In this document: one piece after another, positions 21,245-29,583 of the stretch
Position numbering within the stretch: position 1 is the first letter of the stretch
Layout of the letters: every line of letters begins with the position of its first letter
Source of the DNA: Comamonadaceae bacterium
GTDB lineage: Bacteria; Pseudomonadota; Gammaproteobacteria; Burkholderiales; Burkholderiaceae_C
Length of the DNA stretch: 43,398 nucleotides
Assembly: GCA_947451205.1 (NCBI GenBank)
Contig: CANFZL010000001.1
Location: 1 to 43,398, forward strand
Direction of reading: 5' to 3'
Translations under genes and position numbers: made by a program
Notes under the pieces: generated by a model
Seen by the model: only the letters and a program-made list of their open reading frames with translations
The model's database searches: none
What the model was told of the DNA's origin: nothing

Positions 21245-21281
21245 AGAATACCCTGACTCCAAAGACCACTCACGCTCAGTT

Positions 21282-22457
21282 ATGTTCAGTTTTTTCAAGA
21301 AAATCCTCAAACCCTCCACACCCGCAGCCGAGCCCATGCCGGCCGCGATAGCGCCGCCGACACCAGCCTTGCCCATCAAATTGGCAGACCTCAGCAGCCA
21401 TTCGGGCAGCCTGATTGGCAGCGCGCTGGTCATGCCGATAGACATTCCGCTCCTTGGCGCTGTGCCGCCAGAACGCCAACGATGGCTGAGCAAACTCTCA
21501 GACGGTCTGCGCAAAACCGGCAGCAGTATTTCGAGTGTCTTCACCGGCACCCAAATCAACGAGGCGCTGTACGAAGACTTGGAGTCGGCCTTGTTGATGG
21601 CTGACGCCGGCGTGGGCGCCACGCAATACCTGCTGGACGACGTCAAGCGCCGCGTCAAAGAAGGTGGCGTGACGCACCCGATCGCGGTCAAGAACGTGTT
21701 GATCGAATCCATCACACTGCTGCTCAAGCCGCTTGAAAAGCCGCTGCTCATCGGCGAGTTTTTGCCCACGGTGATCATGGTCGCCGGCGTCAACGGCGCT
21801 GGCAAGACCACCTCCATCGGCAAGCTCACACGGCACCTGGCGGACCACGGCGCCTCTGTGCTGCTGGCCGCCGCCGACACCTTCAGAGCCGCAGCGCGCG
21901 AGCAGCTCACCGTCTGGGCCGACCGCAACACGGTCGAGATCATCAGCCAAGAAGGCGGCGACCCAGCGTCGGTGAGCTTTGACGCCGTCAGCGCCGGCAA
22001 AGCGCGGGGACGTGACGTGGTGCTGGTCGACACTGCCGGCCGGCTGCCAACCCAGTTACACCTGATGGAAGAGCTGAAAAAAATCAAACGCACGATTGCG
22101 AAGGCTGGCGCAGCAACTGGAACGGGTGCAGAACCCAACGCGGCTTCTACAGGCCTCGGCATCGGCATGCCGCCGCATGAAATCTTGCTGGTGATCGACG
22201 GCAATACGGGGCAAAACGCACTGGCACAGGTCAAGTCTTTTGACGAGGCCTTGCAACTCACCGGACTCATCGTCACCAAGCTCGACGGTACCGCCAAGGG
22301 CGGCGTGTTGGCCGCCATTGCCCTGTGGTCGCGAGAACGCGCCAAAGCCCACCCAACATGGCGCACGGTGCCGGTGTATTTCATAGGTGTCGGTGAACAA
22401 GTCGAAGACCTTGAAACATTCAACGCGCGCGAGTTTGCGCAAGCTTTGCTAAGCTAA
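21282..22457 (+). CDS. ftsY: Signal recognition particle receptor FtsY
   Basis: MFSFFKK start, GVNGAGKTTSIGK, DTFRAAA, DTAGR, TKLDGTAKGG, GVGE..EDL. Confidence 0.97.
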   Translation: MFSFFKKILKPSTPAAEPMPAAIAPPTPALPIKLADLSSHSGSLIGSALVMPIDIPLLGAVPPERQRWLSKLSDGLRKTGSSISSVFTGTQINEALYEDLESALLMADAGVGATQYLLDDVKRRVKEGGVTHPIAVKNVLIESITLLLKPLEKPLLIGEFLPTVIMVAGVNGAGKTTSIGKLTRHLADHGASVLLAAADTFRAAAREQLTVWADRNTVEIISQEGGDPASVSFDAVSAGKARGRDVVLVDTAGRLPTQLHLMEELKKIKRTIAKAGAATGTGAEPNAASTGLGIGMPPHEILLVIDGNTGQNALAQVKSFDEALQLTGLIVTKLDGTAKGGVLAAIALWSRERAKAHPTWRTVPVYFIGVGEQVEDLETFNAREFAQALLS

Positions 22458-22512
22458 GAGGCTTGTCAGTGACCCTTCCCCCGTTGTTCAAGGACTTTAT
22501 TTGTCAGTTTTC

Positions 22513-22866
22513 ATGACCCGTTTGATCCAGCTTGTGATGCGCATCGTGTTCTGGCTGTTTGCTGCCATTGCCTTGGCCAGCTTGCTGGCTGTGGCCGTTG
22601 TGTTGGTGGTGCTGAGCCTGCTCCGGGCCTTGCTCACCGGTAAACGGCCGACAGGGCCGATGGTTTTTGGACGTTTTCAGCAGTTTTCGAGCAAAGGGAT
22701 GCAGGGCATGTGGCCGGGCGCCAAACCGCCGCCAGCACCCCACAGCCCTCCATCCAGCCCACTGGCCGAACGCGGGCGCAACCCCGACGAGCGTCCCCGC
22801 GTCGCCGGCGGCGACGTGGTCGACGTTGAAGTGCGTGACATCACGCCGAACAAACCACAACCCTGA
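22513..22866 (+). CDS. Hypothetical membrane protein
   Basis: Long N-terminal hydrophobic helix, Pro-rich linker, C-terminal DVVDVEVRDI motif. Confidence 0.65.
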   Translation: MTRLIQLVMRIVFWLFAAIALASLLAVAVVLVVLSLLRALLTGKRPTGPMVFGRFQQFSSKGMQGMWPGAKPPPAPHSPPSSPLAERGRNPDERPRVAGGDVVDVEVRDITPNKPQP

Positions 22867-22970
22867 GCCTGGCCATAGGCAATAGGCCTTTGAGCCCTTG
22901 AGCCGCCAGTCCAGCGAACAGGCGCAATCCAACTGATCAGTGTTTACCCGCACATTGCGCTGGCCCAATT

Positions 22971-22980
22971 TCGTATACGA
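22971..22980. promoter_or_regulatory. Putative GntR/FadR-type operator
   Basis: Perfect palindrome TCGTATACGA 21 nt upstream of the GntR gene; fits the GT-Nx-AC core used by GntR-family regulators. Confidence 0.6.
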
Positions 22981-23001
22981 TATATCTTCTACGGAATAAC
23001 C

Positions 23002-23703
23002 ATGCTCCCTTGGCTGACTGAATCCTCTTCTGACCGTTTCAACGATGTGCGCGACACATCTTTGGCAAAGCTCGTGCGCGACGACATGCTCAGCCTGATC
23101 CTGACAGGCGTGCTGATCCCCGGCCAGCGCATCAATGAACCCGATGTGGCAGCTCGTCTGGGCGTCTCACGGGTGCCGGTGCGTGAAGCTCTGCGCGAGC
23201 TGGAAAGCTCCGGGCTGGTCGTAGCGCGCAAACATTCAGGCGTCTTCGTGCGGCAACTGGCAGCACCAGAAATTCGCGATCTGTACCAAATGCGCGCCCT
23301 GCTGGATGGCTTTGCCGGCCGACAAGTTGCCCAGCGCAGCAGTCTTGACAACGCCCCTCTGCTGCGCGTGCTCGACGACTCGAGTGCAGCCATGCAATGC
23401 GCCGCCAGCCTGCATGACGTGCAACGCTATTACCGCGAAAACCTGCGCTTTCACTGGGCCATCGTCGAGGCGGCCGGAAATCAGCCCTTGACAGAAACTT
23501 ACCGCGGCATAGTTCAAAAGCTGCATCTATCGCGCCTCAAAAATCTGGCTCACGACACTGGCATGCAAGCTTCGATCACAGAACACATGGACATCGTGAG
23601 TGCTTTACGCCAAGGGGATCCAGAACGTTGCAATCAATTGCTGTCAGAACACGTTGATGATGCCCACAATAGATTGACAAAAAAAACACCTGAAGTAAGC
23701 TAA
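23002..23703 (+). CDS. GntR family transcriptional regulator with FCD domain
   Basis: wHTH PGQRINE..VAARLGVSRVPVREAL; FCD metal ligands N..FH, EH..I and EH. Confidence 0.92.
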   Translation: MLPWLTESSSDRFNDVRDTSLAKLVRDDMLSLILTGVLIPGQRINEPDVAARLGVSRVPVREALRELESSGLVVARKHSGVFVRQLAAPEIRDLYQMRALLDGFAGRQVAQRSSLDNAPLLRVLDDSSAAMQCAASLHDVQRYYRENLRFHWAIVEAAGNQPLTETYRGIVQKLHLSRLKNLAHDTGMQASITEHMDIVSALRQGDPERCNQLLSEHVDDAHNRLTKKTPEVS

Positions 23704-23710
23704 ATAGCTT
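23674..23710 (+). promoter_or_regulatory. Putative sigma70 promoter inside the gntR 3' end
   Basis: TTGACA (23674-79), 16 nt, TAAGCT (23696-701), followed by an AT-rich leader to ATG 23761. Confidence 0.4.
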
Positions 23711-23760
23711 ATTTAATTGGAGTATTTTCCAATTTTAAAATTTACAGAATCGAAAAATTT

Positions 23761-24732
23761 ATGAAACGTCGAAACCTCATACTTGCCACTCCTGCCCTGC
23801 TGGGCGTTCCCACCTTGAGTTGGGCACAACCAGCTTTTCCGGCCAAGCCGATTCGCTACATCGTGCCGGTGTCGGCAGGCGGCGGCAGCGACATGGTCGG
23901 CCGCACCGTGTGCGAACGCTGGGGCAACCTGCTCAAGCAACCCTTTATCGTTGACAACCAAGCCGGTGGCGGCGGCATAATCGCCTGCCAAACCACCGCT
24001 CGCGCTGCACCAGACGGCTACACACTGATGCAAGGCTATGTCGCCACGCATGGCACCAGCCCGGCGACGCGCAAGCTGCCCTACGACGCCATCAAGGACT
24101 TCACACCCATCGGCATGATCGGCGGTACGCCCAACGTGCTGGTGGTCAACGCCGCACTGCCGGTGAAAAACATCAAAGAGTTCATTGCCTATCTGAAGAA
24201 AAATCCTGGCAAGGTCAGCTACGGCTCGGCTGGCGCCGGCTCGCTGACCCACATGACCATGGAGCTGTTCAAGCAGCAGGTGGACTCCTTCATGGTGCAC
24301 ATTCCCTACCGCGGCATTGCCCCGGCCTTCAACGACTTGATCGGCGGCCAAACACAAGCCATGTTCCCGGGCTTGGCTGCCGCCATTCCGCATATTCGCT
24401 CCGGTCGCGTACGCCCGATAGCGATCACAGGCATGCAACGCCACCCGTTGTTCAAAGATGTGCCAACCCTCGACGAGTCCGGTTTCAAGGGATTTGACGC
24501 GCAGCAGTGGTACGGCGTGGTCGGCCCGGCAGGCATGCCCGCACCTATTGTGAAACTGCTCAATGAAACATTGGCAACCGTTTTGCACGCGCCCGACATG
24601 CGTGAGAAGTTGTCGGTCGAAGCGATCGAACCGACCGTCATGTTGCCCGAACAATTCGGTGAGTACATTCGCAAGGACATCGCCCGCTGGACAAAACTGG
24701 CCAAGGAACGCGGCATCCAGCTCGACAGCTAA
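23761..24732 (+). CDS. Bug/TctC tripartite tricarboxylate transporter substrate-binding protein
   Basis: FPAKPIRYIVP..AGGGSD, DNQAGGGG, APDGYTL, HIPYRG, DVPTL.E.G. Confidence 0.95.
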   Translation: MKRRNLILATPALLGVPTLSWAQPAFPAKPIRYIVPVSAGGGSDMVGRTVCERWGNLLKQPFIVDNQAGGGGIIACQTTARAAPDGYTLMQGYVATHGTSPATRKLPYDAIKDFTPIGMIGGTPNVLVVNAALPVKNIKEFIAYLKKNPGKVSYGSAGAGSLTHMTMELFKQQVDSFMVHIPYRGIAPAFNDLIGGQTQAMFPGLAAAIPHIRSGRVRPIAITGMQRHPLFKDVPTLDESGFKGFDAQQWYGVVGPAGMPAPIVKLLNETLATVLHAPDMREKLSVEAIEPTVMLPEQFGEYIRKDIARWTKLAKERGIQLDS

Positions 24733-24742
24733 AAACATAATA

Positions 24743-24839
24743 CCGTCGTCTCTGCGAGCGCAGCGCGGCAGTCCATGACTCCTGGATTGCAGCGCTGCGC
24801 TCGCATTGACGGAGGTGACCTACGCCGCAGCAATGACGG
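24743..24839. repeat. REP/RPE-like intergenic palindromic element
   Basis: About 70 nt hairpin (24743-24812) with perfect 14-bp core TGCGAGCGCAGCGC/GCGCTGCGCTCGCA and CCGTC/GACGG ends; an extra end copy GCAATGACGG at 24830-24839. Confidence 0.7.
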
Positions 24840-24884
24840 GCAACCTTTTTCTGCAACCAATGGCAGCTTCTGCCGAAAGACACC

Positions 24885-26261
24885 ATGGCCCGTAATACCC
24901 AGGTCGCCGCCGACCACAACGCTCCTCCCATCACGCAAATTCTGGCGAAATTTGTCGCCACCCATCCGTCACGCGGCTGGAGCGACGCCGTTGACCATGA
25001 CGCGCACCGGACCTTCACCAACTGGCTCGGCTGCGCTGTCGGCGCCGCCCACCACGAAGCCGCTGACGCGGCGCTGGCCGCCGCACAAATGTTCCAGCCC
25101 GCAGCGCAAGCCAGCGTGCTGGGCCGCAGCGAAAAAGTCGACATGGGCAGCGCAGCGCTGATCAACGGCATCACCTCGCACACCTTTGACTTTGACGACA
25201 CCCACCTGAAAACCATCATCCACCCGGCTGGCCCGGTGGCCTCGGCTATTTTGGCGCTGGCTGAACACATCGGCTCCACCGGCCGCGAATGCATCGACGC
25301 ACTGGTCATCGGCATCGACGTCTCTTGCCGCGTTGGCAATGCCATGTACCCCGACCATTACGACCGCGGCTGGCACATCACCGGCTCGACCGGCACGCTG
25401 GGTGCGGCTGCGGCTTGCGCCCGCCTGCTCAAGCTGGACACCCAACAAACCGCCATGGCGCTGGGCATTGCGGCCTCGCAACCGGTCGGCATGCGCGAGC
25501 AGTTCGGCACCATGACCAAGCCCTTCCATCCAGGTGGTGCAGCCCGCGCCGGCATGATGTCAGCGCTGCTGGCCAGCAAAGGTTTCACCGCCAGCCCGAA
25601 AGCAATTGAAGCACCGCGCGGCATGATGCAAACCGTCTCGACCAAGAACGACTGGAATGAAATCACCGGCGAGCTCGGTGAGCGCTTCGAGATCTCCTTC
25701 AACTCCTTCAAGCCCTTCGCTTGCGGCATCGTGATTCACCCGAGCATCGACGCCTGCGCACAGCTGCGCGCACAAGGCGTCACGCCCGACCAAGTGCAAA
25801 GCATCGAACTCAAAGTGCATTCGCTGGTGCTCGAGCTGACCGGCAAAAAAGAACCTGCTGACGGCCTGCAAGCCAAGTTCAGTGTTTACCACGGCTGCGC
25901 CGCAGGCCTGACGTTTGGCTACGCAGCTGAAGAAGAGTTCTCCGACGAGATCGTCAACCGCTCCGACATGGTGGCGTTGCGCCGCAAAGTCATCGCCACG
26001 GTGAATGATTCGATTGACGAAGCCAGCGCCGACGTCACCGCCGTGTTGAACGACGGCCGCCGCGTCCATGTGTTTGTGGAGCACGCCATTGGCTCGCTGC
26101 AAAACCCGATGACCGACAGCCTTCTGGAAGCCAAGTTCCACGGCCTGTCGGACGCGGTGCTGGGCGCGGAGAAAACCGCCGCCTTGCTGAAAGCCAGCTG
26201 GGCCATCGGACAAGCGGCCAATGTGTCGGCCTTGATCAAGCTCGCCACGACCGCAGCATGA
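24885..26261 (+). CDS. MmgE/PrpD family protein
   Basis: AALING..SHTFDFDDTH...IHP, GWH.TG, MTKPFHPG, FKPFACG, AKFS, G...NPM. Confidence 0.93.
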   Translation: MARNTQVAADHNAPPITQILAKFVATHPSRGWSDAVDHDAHRTFTNWLGCAVGAAHHEAADAALAAAQMFQPAAQASVLGRSEKVDMGSAALINGITSHTFDFDDTHLKTIIHPAGPVASAILALAEHIGSTGRECIDALVIGIDVSCRVGNAMYPDHYDRGWHITGSTGTLGAAAACARLLKLDTQQTAMALGIAASQPVGMREQFGTMTKPFHPGGAARAGMMSALLASKGFTASPKAIEAPRGMMQTVSTKNDWNEITGELGERFEISFNSFKPFACGIVIHPSIDACAQLRAQGVTPDQVQSIELKVHSLVLELTGKKEPADGLQAKFSVYHGCAAGLTFGYAAEEEFSDEIVNRSDMVALRRKVIATVNDSIDEASADVTAVLNDGRRVHVFVEHAIGSLQNPMTDSLLEAKFHGLSDAVLGAEKTAALLKASWAIGQAANVSALIKLATTAA

Positions 26262-27256
26262 GCGTGAGCACATCACACGGCGGCCTGCCGCGCATTGTGG
26301 TGGTTGGTGACACCGAGCAGGCGCTGCGCCGGCTCGGTCATTGGGAAACCATTGAAGGCCAAGCGCAGGTCAGCATGCACGCCGGACCCTTGAACGGCCA
26401 GCCGCTGGTCGACGCTTTGAAAGACGCCGACGCCGTGGTGCTGCTGCGCGACCGCACGCCGTTTGACGCGGCGCTTCTGGCGCAGTTGCCCCATCTGCGT
26501 TACGTCATCTTCACCGGCTCACGCAACAGTACGATTGACCTGCCCGCTTTGGCCGCCCGCAATATTCCGGTGAGCTGCACCGAGTGGGGGCCGTCCAAAG
26601 ACAGCACGTGTGAGATGACCTGGTCGATGATTCTGGGTGCCACCCGTCAGCTTGAGCAACAAACTGCGCTGCTTCGCCAAGGTCAATGGCGCGCTGGCGC
26701 TGCCGAGCCTTTGGCACGTGTGCTGAACGGCCAAACCCTCGGCCTGATCGGGCTGGGTGAAATCGGTGGTCGCGTCGCCAAAGTCGGCCAAGCGCTGGGC
26801 ATGGACGTCATCACTTGGAGCCCACGCATGACGCCTGAGCGGGCTGCCGCGCAAGGCGTGACAGCGGTCTCGCTGGAAGACCTGTTGACGCGCTCGCAGG
26901 TGGTCAGTTTGCATTTGGTGGTCATCCCGGCCACGCGTCACTTGCTCAACGCTGAACGGCTGGCGCTGATGCGGCCAGACAGTTTGCTCGTCAACACCTC
27001 ACGCTCGGCCCTGATTGACAGCGCGGCCTTGGTCAAAGCACTGGAAAAAGGCCGTCCGGGGTTTGCAGCGCTGGACGTTTTTGACGTCGAGCCCCTGCCG
27101 CTGAACGACCCGCTGCGCCAGCTGCCCAATGTGCTGCTGACGCCGCACCTTGGCTTTGTCACTGAGCCGGTGTTTCAGCGCTTTGCCAGCGGCGTCACTG
27201 AGTGCTTGGAAGCCTGGCTGGCTGGCAAACCACGGGTGCGAGAGCTCACAGCCTGA
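26258..27256 (+). CDS. D-isomer-specific 2-hydroxyacid dehydrogenase
   Basis: GLIGLGEIG Rossmann motif, VNTSR, DVFDVEPL, TPHLG catalytic R/E/H; ATGA overlap with the PrpD-family gene. Confidence 0.93.
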   Translation: MSVSTSHGGLPRIVVVGDTEQALRRLGHWETIEGQAQVSMHAGPLNGQPLVDALKDADAVVLLRDRTPFDAALLAQLPHLRYVIFTGSRNSTIDLPALAARNIPVSCTEWGPSKDSTCEMTWSMILGATRQLEQQTALLRQGQWRAGAAEPLARVLNGQTLGLIGLGEIGGRVAKVGQALGMDVITWSPRMTPERAAAQGVTAVSLEDLLTRSQVVSLHLVVIPATRHLLNAERLALMRPDSLLVNTSRSALIDSAALVKALEKGRPGFAALDVFDVEPLPLNDPLRQLPNVLLTPHLGFVTEPVFQRFASGVTECLEAWLAGKPRVRELTA

Positions 27257-27299
27257 TGATGCGAATAAGGGCGTGAAAAGTAGCCATTCAATATTTTTC

Positions 27300-27662
27300 T
27301 CAGGTAGTTTCAATTTTTTCTTGGCATGTCATGCACCGCTGTGCTTCTGGCTTAGCGATGAGTCGGGCTTCAGGAATGACCGCAGCACAGTCAATGCAGA
27401 GGCCATAGGTGCCAGCTTCCAATCGCAGCATCGCCAGTTCGAGTTCAGCCAACTCAGCTGTTTCACGCTCATTGAGAGAGAATTCGAGGTCACGTTGCGT
27501 GATGACTTGCGCGTGCGAATCTTGCGCCGGCGTGAAATGATCAGCCGCGACATCGACACGGCTTCGACTGCCGCCCCTCTGCTCTGAGATTTGTGCCAGC
27601 AACGCTGAACGCAATGCCACAAGCTGTTCGCGATAAGCCTGAACTTTTTGTTGGGGGATCAA
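27300..27662 (-). CDS. TraR/DksA C4 zinc-finger protein
   Basis: GTYGLCIDC...IPEARL...P.A.RCMTCQ. TTG 27662 chosen for its spacing from AGGAG (27669-73); the ORF track gives 27668. Confidence 0.88.
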   Translation of the reverse strand: MIPQQKVQAYREQLVALRSALLAQISEQRGGSRSRVDVAADHFTPAQDSHAQVITQRDLEFSLNERETAELAELELAMLRLEAGTYGLCIDCAAVIPEARLIAKPEAQRCMTCQEKIETT

Positions 27663-27689
27663 AATCAACTCCTCTTATTGAATAGACTG

Positions 27690-27730
27690 ATCCTAGACCG
27701 ATGAACGAAGGCCCATTAGATCTAGATCAA
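27690..27730 (-). promoter_or_regulatory. FNR-type class II promoter for the dksA/traR-like gene
   Basis: Minus strand TTGAT-CTAG-ATCTA (27717-27730), a 9/10 match to TTGAT-N4-ATCAA. The -10-like TAGGAT at 27690-95 puts the box centre at about -41. Confidence 0.65.
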
Positions 27731-27813
27731 TAAGGGGCGGGAAATACAATTCAAGCCCTCAACCGTCTTCCGAATCTAAACACGATATTTAATGCGCCTT
27801 ATTCATTCAGTTG

Positions 27814-27827
27814 CTGATGCATATCAA
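27814..27827. promoter_or_regulatory. Second FNR-like box
   Basis: CTGAT-GCAT-ATCAA, 9/10 match to consensus, between the dksA-like gene and rpoH. Confidence 0.45.
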
Positions 27828-27934
27828 TGATTTCGAGACTTTTTTACCCCAAACTGCGCGAAAGCACCGACAAACACGCCGCATGTCGAAGCACGATGAT
27901 GGCGTGAACACACTAAGGTCATACCCGAGTATCT

Positions 27935-27961
27935 TTAGCACTCCCTCCCAGGGAGTGCTAA
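27935..27961 (+). promoter_or_regulatory. CIRCE element (HrcA operator)
   Basis: Exact TTAGCACTC-N9-GAGTGCTAA, 28 nt upstream of the rpoH ATG. Confidence 0.97.
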
Positions 27962-27989
27962 CATTTATCAATGACAAAAGGAGTTTCTG

Positions 27990-28943
27990 ATGACACTCAC
28001 AACCGGTCAAACTGACACCCGCACGGGCGCTGTTGCGCTGACCACGCCTTGGGCCAGTGCTTCAAGCCTGTTGCCGCCCCTTGGAAATTTGGAAGCTTAT
28101 ATTTCGGCGGTGAACCGCCTGCCTATGCTCACTTTGGCTGAAGAGCAAGAGTTCGGCCGCAAGCTCAAAGAAGAGAACGACTTGGAGTCTGCCAGTAAGT
28201 TAGTACTCTCCCACTTACGCCTTGTGGTGTCAGTGTCACGCAAATATTTGGGATACGGCCTGCCCCACAGCGACCTGATTCAAGAAGGCAACATCGGCCT
28301 GATGAAAGCGGTGAAGCGCTTTGACCCGGACCAAAATGTCCGGCTGGTGAGCTACGCCCTGCACTGGATCAGAGCTGAGATTCATGAATACATTCTGAAA
28401 AATTGGCGCATGGTCAAGATGGCCACGACCAAGGCGCAGCGCAAGTTGTTTTTCAATTTGCGTTCGATGAAGCAAGGTTTCAAAGACGATGCCAACACGG
28501 CCACGCACCGCGACACCTTGACGTCAGCTCAGATTGATTCGATGGCCAAAACGCTGAACGTCAAGCGTGAAGAAGTCATTGAAATGGAACAGCGCATGTC
28601 GGGCGGCGACACACTGCTAGACCCGAGCCCGAGCGATGACGGCGAAGATGCTTTCGGCCCGATTGCCTATCTGTCAGACGCCAGCCATGAGCCGACCGCC
28701 TTGATCGAGTCGCATCAGCGCGACGTGCTCGCCACCGACGGCATCACGGCCGCACTGCAAGGGCTCGACCCGCGCTCACGCAGAATTGTTGAAGAGCGCT
28801 GGCTGAACGTGAACGACGATGGCACTGGCGGCATGACGTTGCATGACTTGGCGTCTGAATATCAAGTCAGTGCCGAGCGTATTCGTCAGATTGAAGTGGC
28901 GGCCATGAAAAAGATGAAAAAGGTCTTGGCGGTCTACGCCTGA
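27990..28943 (+). CDS. rpoH: RNA polymerase sigma factor RpoH (sigma32)
   Basis: DLIQEGNIGLMKAVKRFDP, RpoH box QRKLFFNLR, VSAERIRQIE. Confidence 0.97.
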   Translation: MTLTTGQTDTRTGAVALTTPWASASSLLPPLGNLEAYISAVNRLPMLTLAEEQEFGRKLKEENDLESASKLVLSHLRLVVSVSRKYLGYGLPHSDLIQEGNIGLMKAVKRFDPDQNVRLVSYALHWIRAEIHEYILKNWRMVKMATTKAQRKLFFNLRSMKQGFKDDANTATHRDTLTSAQIDSMAKTLNVKREEVIEMEQRMSGGDTLLDPSPSDDGEDAFGPIAYLSDASHEPTALIESHQRDVLATDGITAALQGLDPRSRRIVEERWLNVNDDGTGGMTLHDLASEYQVSAERIRQIEVAAMKKMKKVLAVYA

Positions 28944-28965
28944 GACCCCATCGCTGACCCTAGCG

Positions 28966-29583
28966 TTACTTCAACAGCAAAGCGACATCAGACGTTAACC
29001 CTTCGACACCCGAGCCGTAGCGCGTGTAAAGCCGCACGCGGCCTTCAGGGTCAAAAACGTAGCTGCCCGCTGAGTGGTCCATGGTGTAACTGCCAGCGGT
29101 CTTGCCTTCGCTCTTCTTGTAGTAAATTTTGAATGCCTTGGCGACCTCGGGCAGTTGTGCCATGGTCGGTCTCAAAGCAACAAAACTCGGGTCGAAATTA
29201 GCCATATAGGCTTTCAGCACTTCTTCGGTGTCTCGCTCAGGGTCGACCGTGATGAAAATGCCTTGCAATCGATCACCTTGCCCCCCCAGCTTGCGCTTCA
29301 CTTCAGCCAATTCGGCTAAAGCAGTTGGGCACACATCAGGACATTGGGTGAAACCAAAGAACACCACCACGACCTTGCCCTTGAAGTCTTGCAAGCTGCG
29401 TTGCACGCCGTTGTGATCACTCAAGCTGAAGCCATTGGCGTAGTCGGCACCGGTGATGTCGATGCTTTTGAACTGCAGTTTTTCTGGGCCACAAGCGCTC
29501 AGTGCAGCAGCGGCCAATGCAGCTGTTACGGACTTCAGAAGGGTGCGGCGACGGCTCAACGTCGATAAGTTGATCAATGTCAT
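28966..29583 (-). CDS. SCO family copper chaperone (lipoprotein)
   Basis: [11 protein letters not shown] CxxxC, DPERD, MDHS; SRRRTLLK plus LSAC lipobox. Confidence 0.95.
   Translation of the reverse strand: MTLINLSTLSRRRTLLKSVTAALAAAALSACGPEKLQFKSIDITGADYANGFSLSDHNGVQRSLQDFKGKVVVVFFGFTQCPDVCPTALAELAEVKRKLGGQGDRLQGIFITVDPERDTEEVLKAYMANFDPSFVALRPTMAQLPEVAKAFKIYYKKSEGKTAGSYTMDHSAGSYVFDPEGRVRLYTRYGSGVEGLTSDVALLLK

Noticed and set aside
21245-22423. N-terminal 390-aa extension of the 914-aa ORF (M16 frame open across nearly all of antisense ftsY), and the reciprocal ftsY extension to 20769
   Set aside because: Codon-aligned antisense shadow of a GC-rich gene. The translation is Ser/Thr/Ala-rich with no motifs, and both real proteins have sensible starts at 21244 and 21282.
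23713-24738. 341-aa minus-strand ORF
   Set aside because: Antisense shadow of the Bug gene with no recognisable motifs.
24885-26261. Calling the gene prpD (2-methylcitrate dehydratase)
   Set aside because: No prpB/prpC context, and the motifs fit the broader MmgE/PrpD family, so no symbol was assigned.
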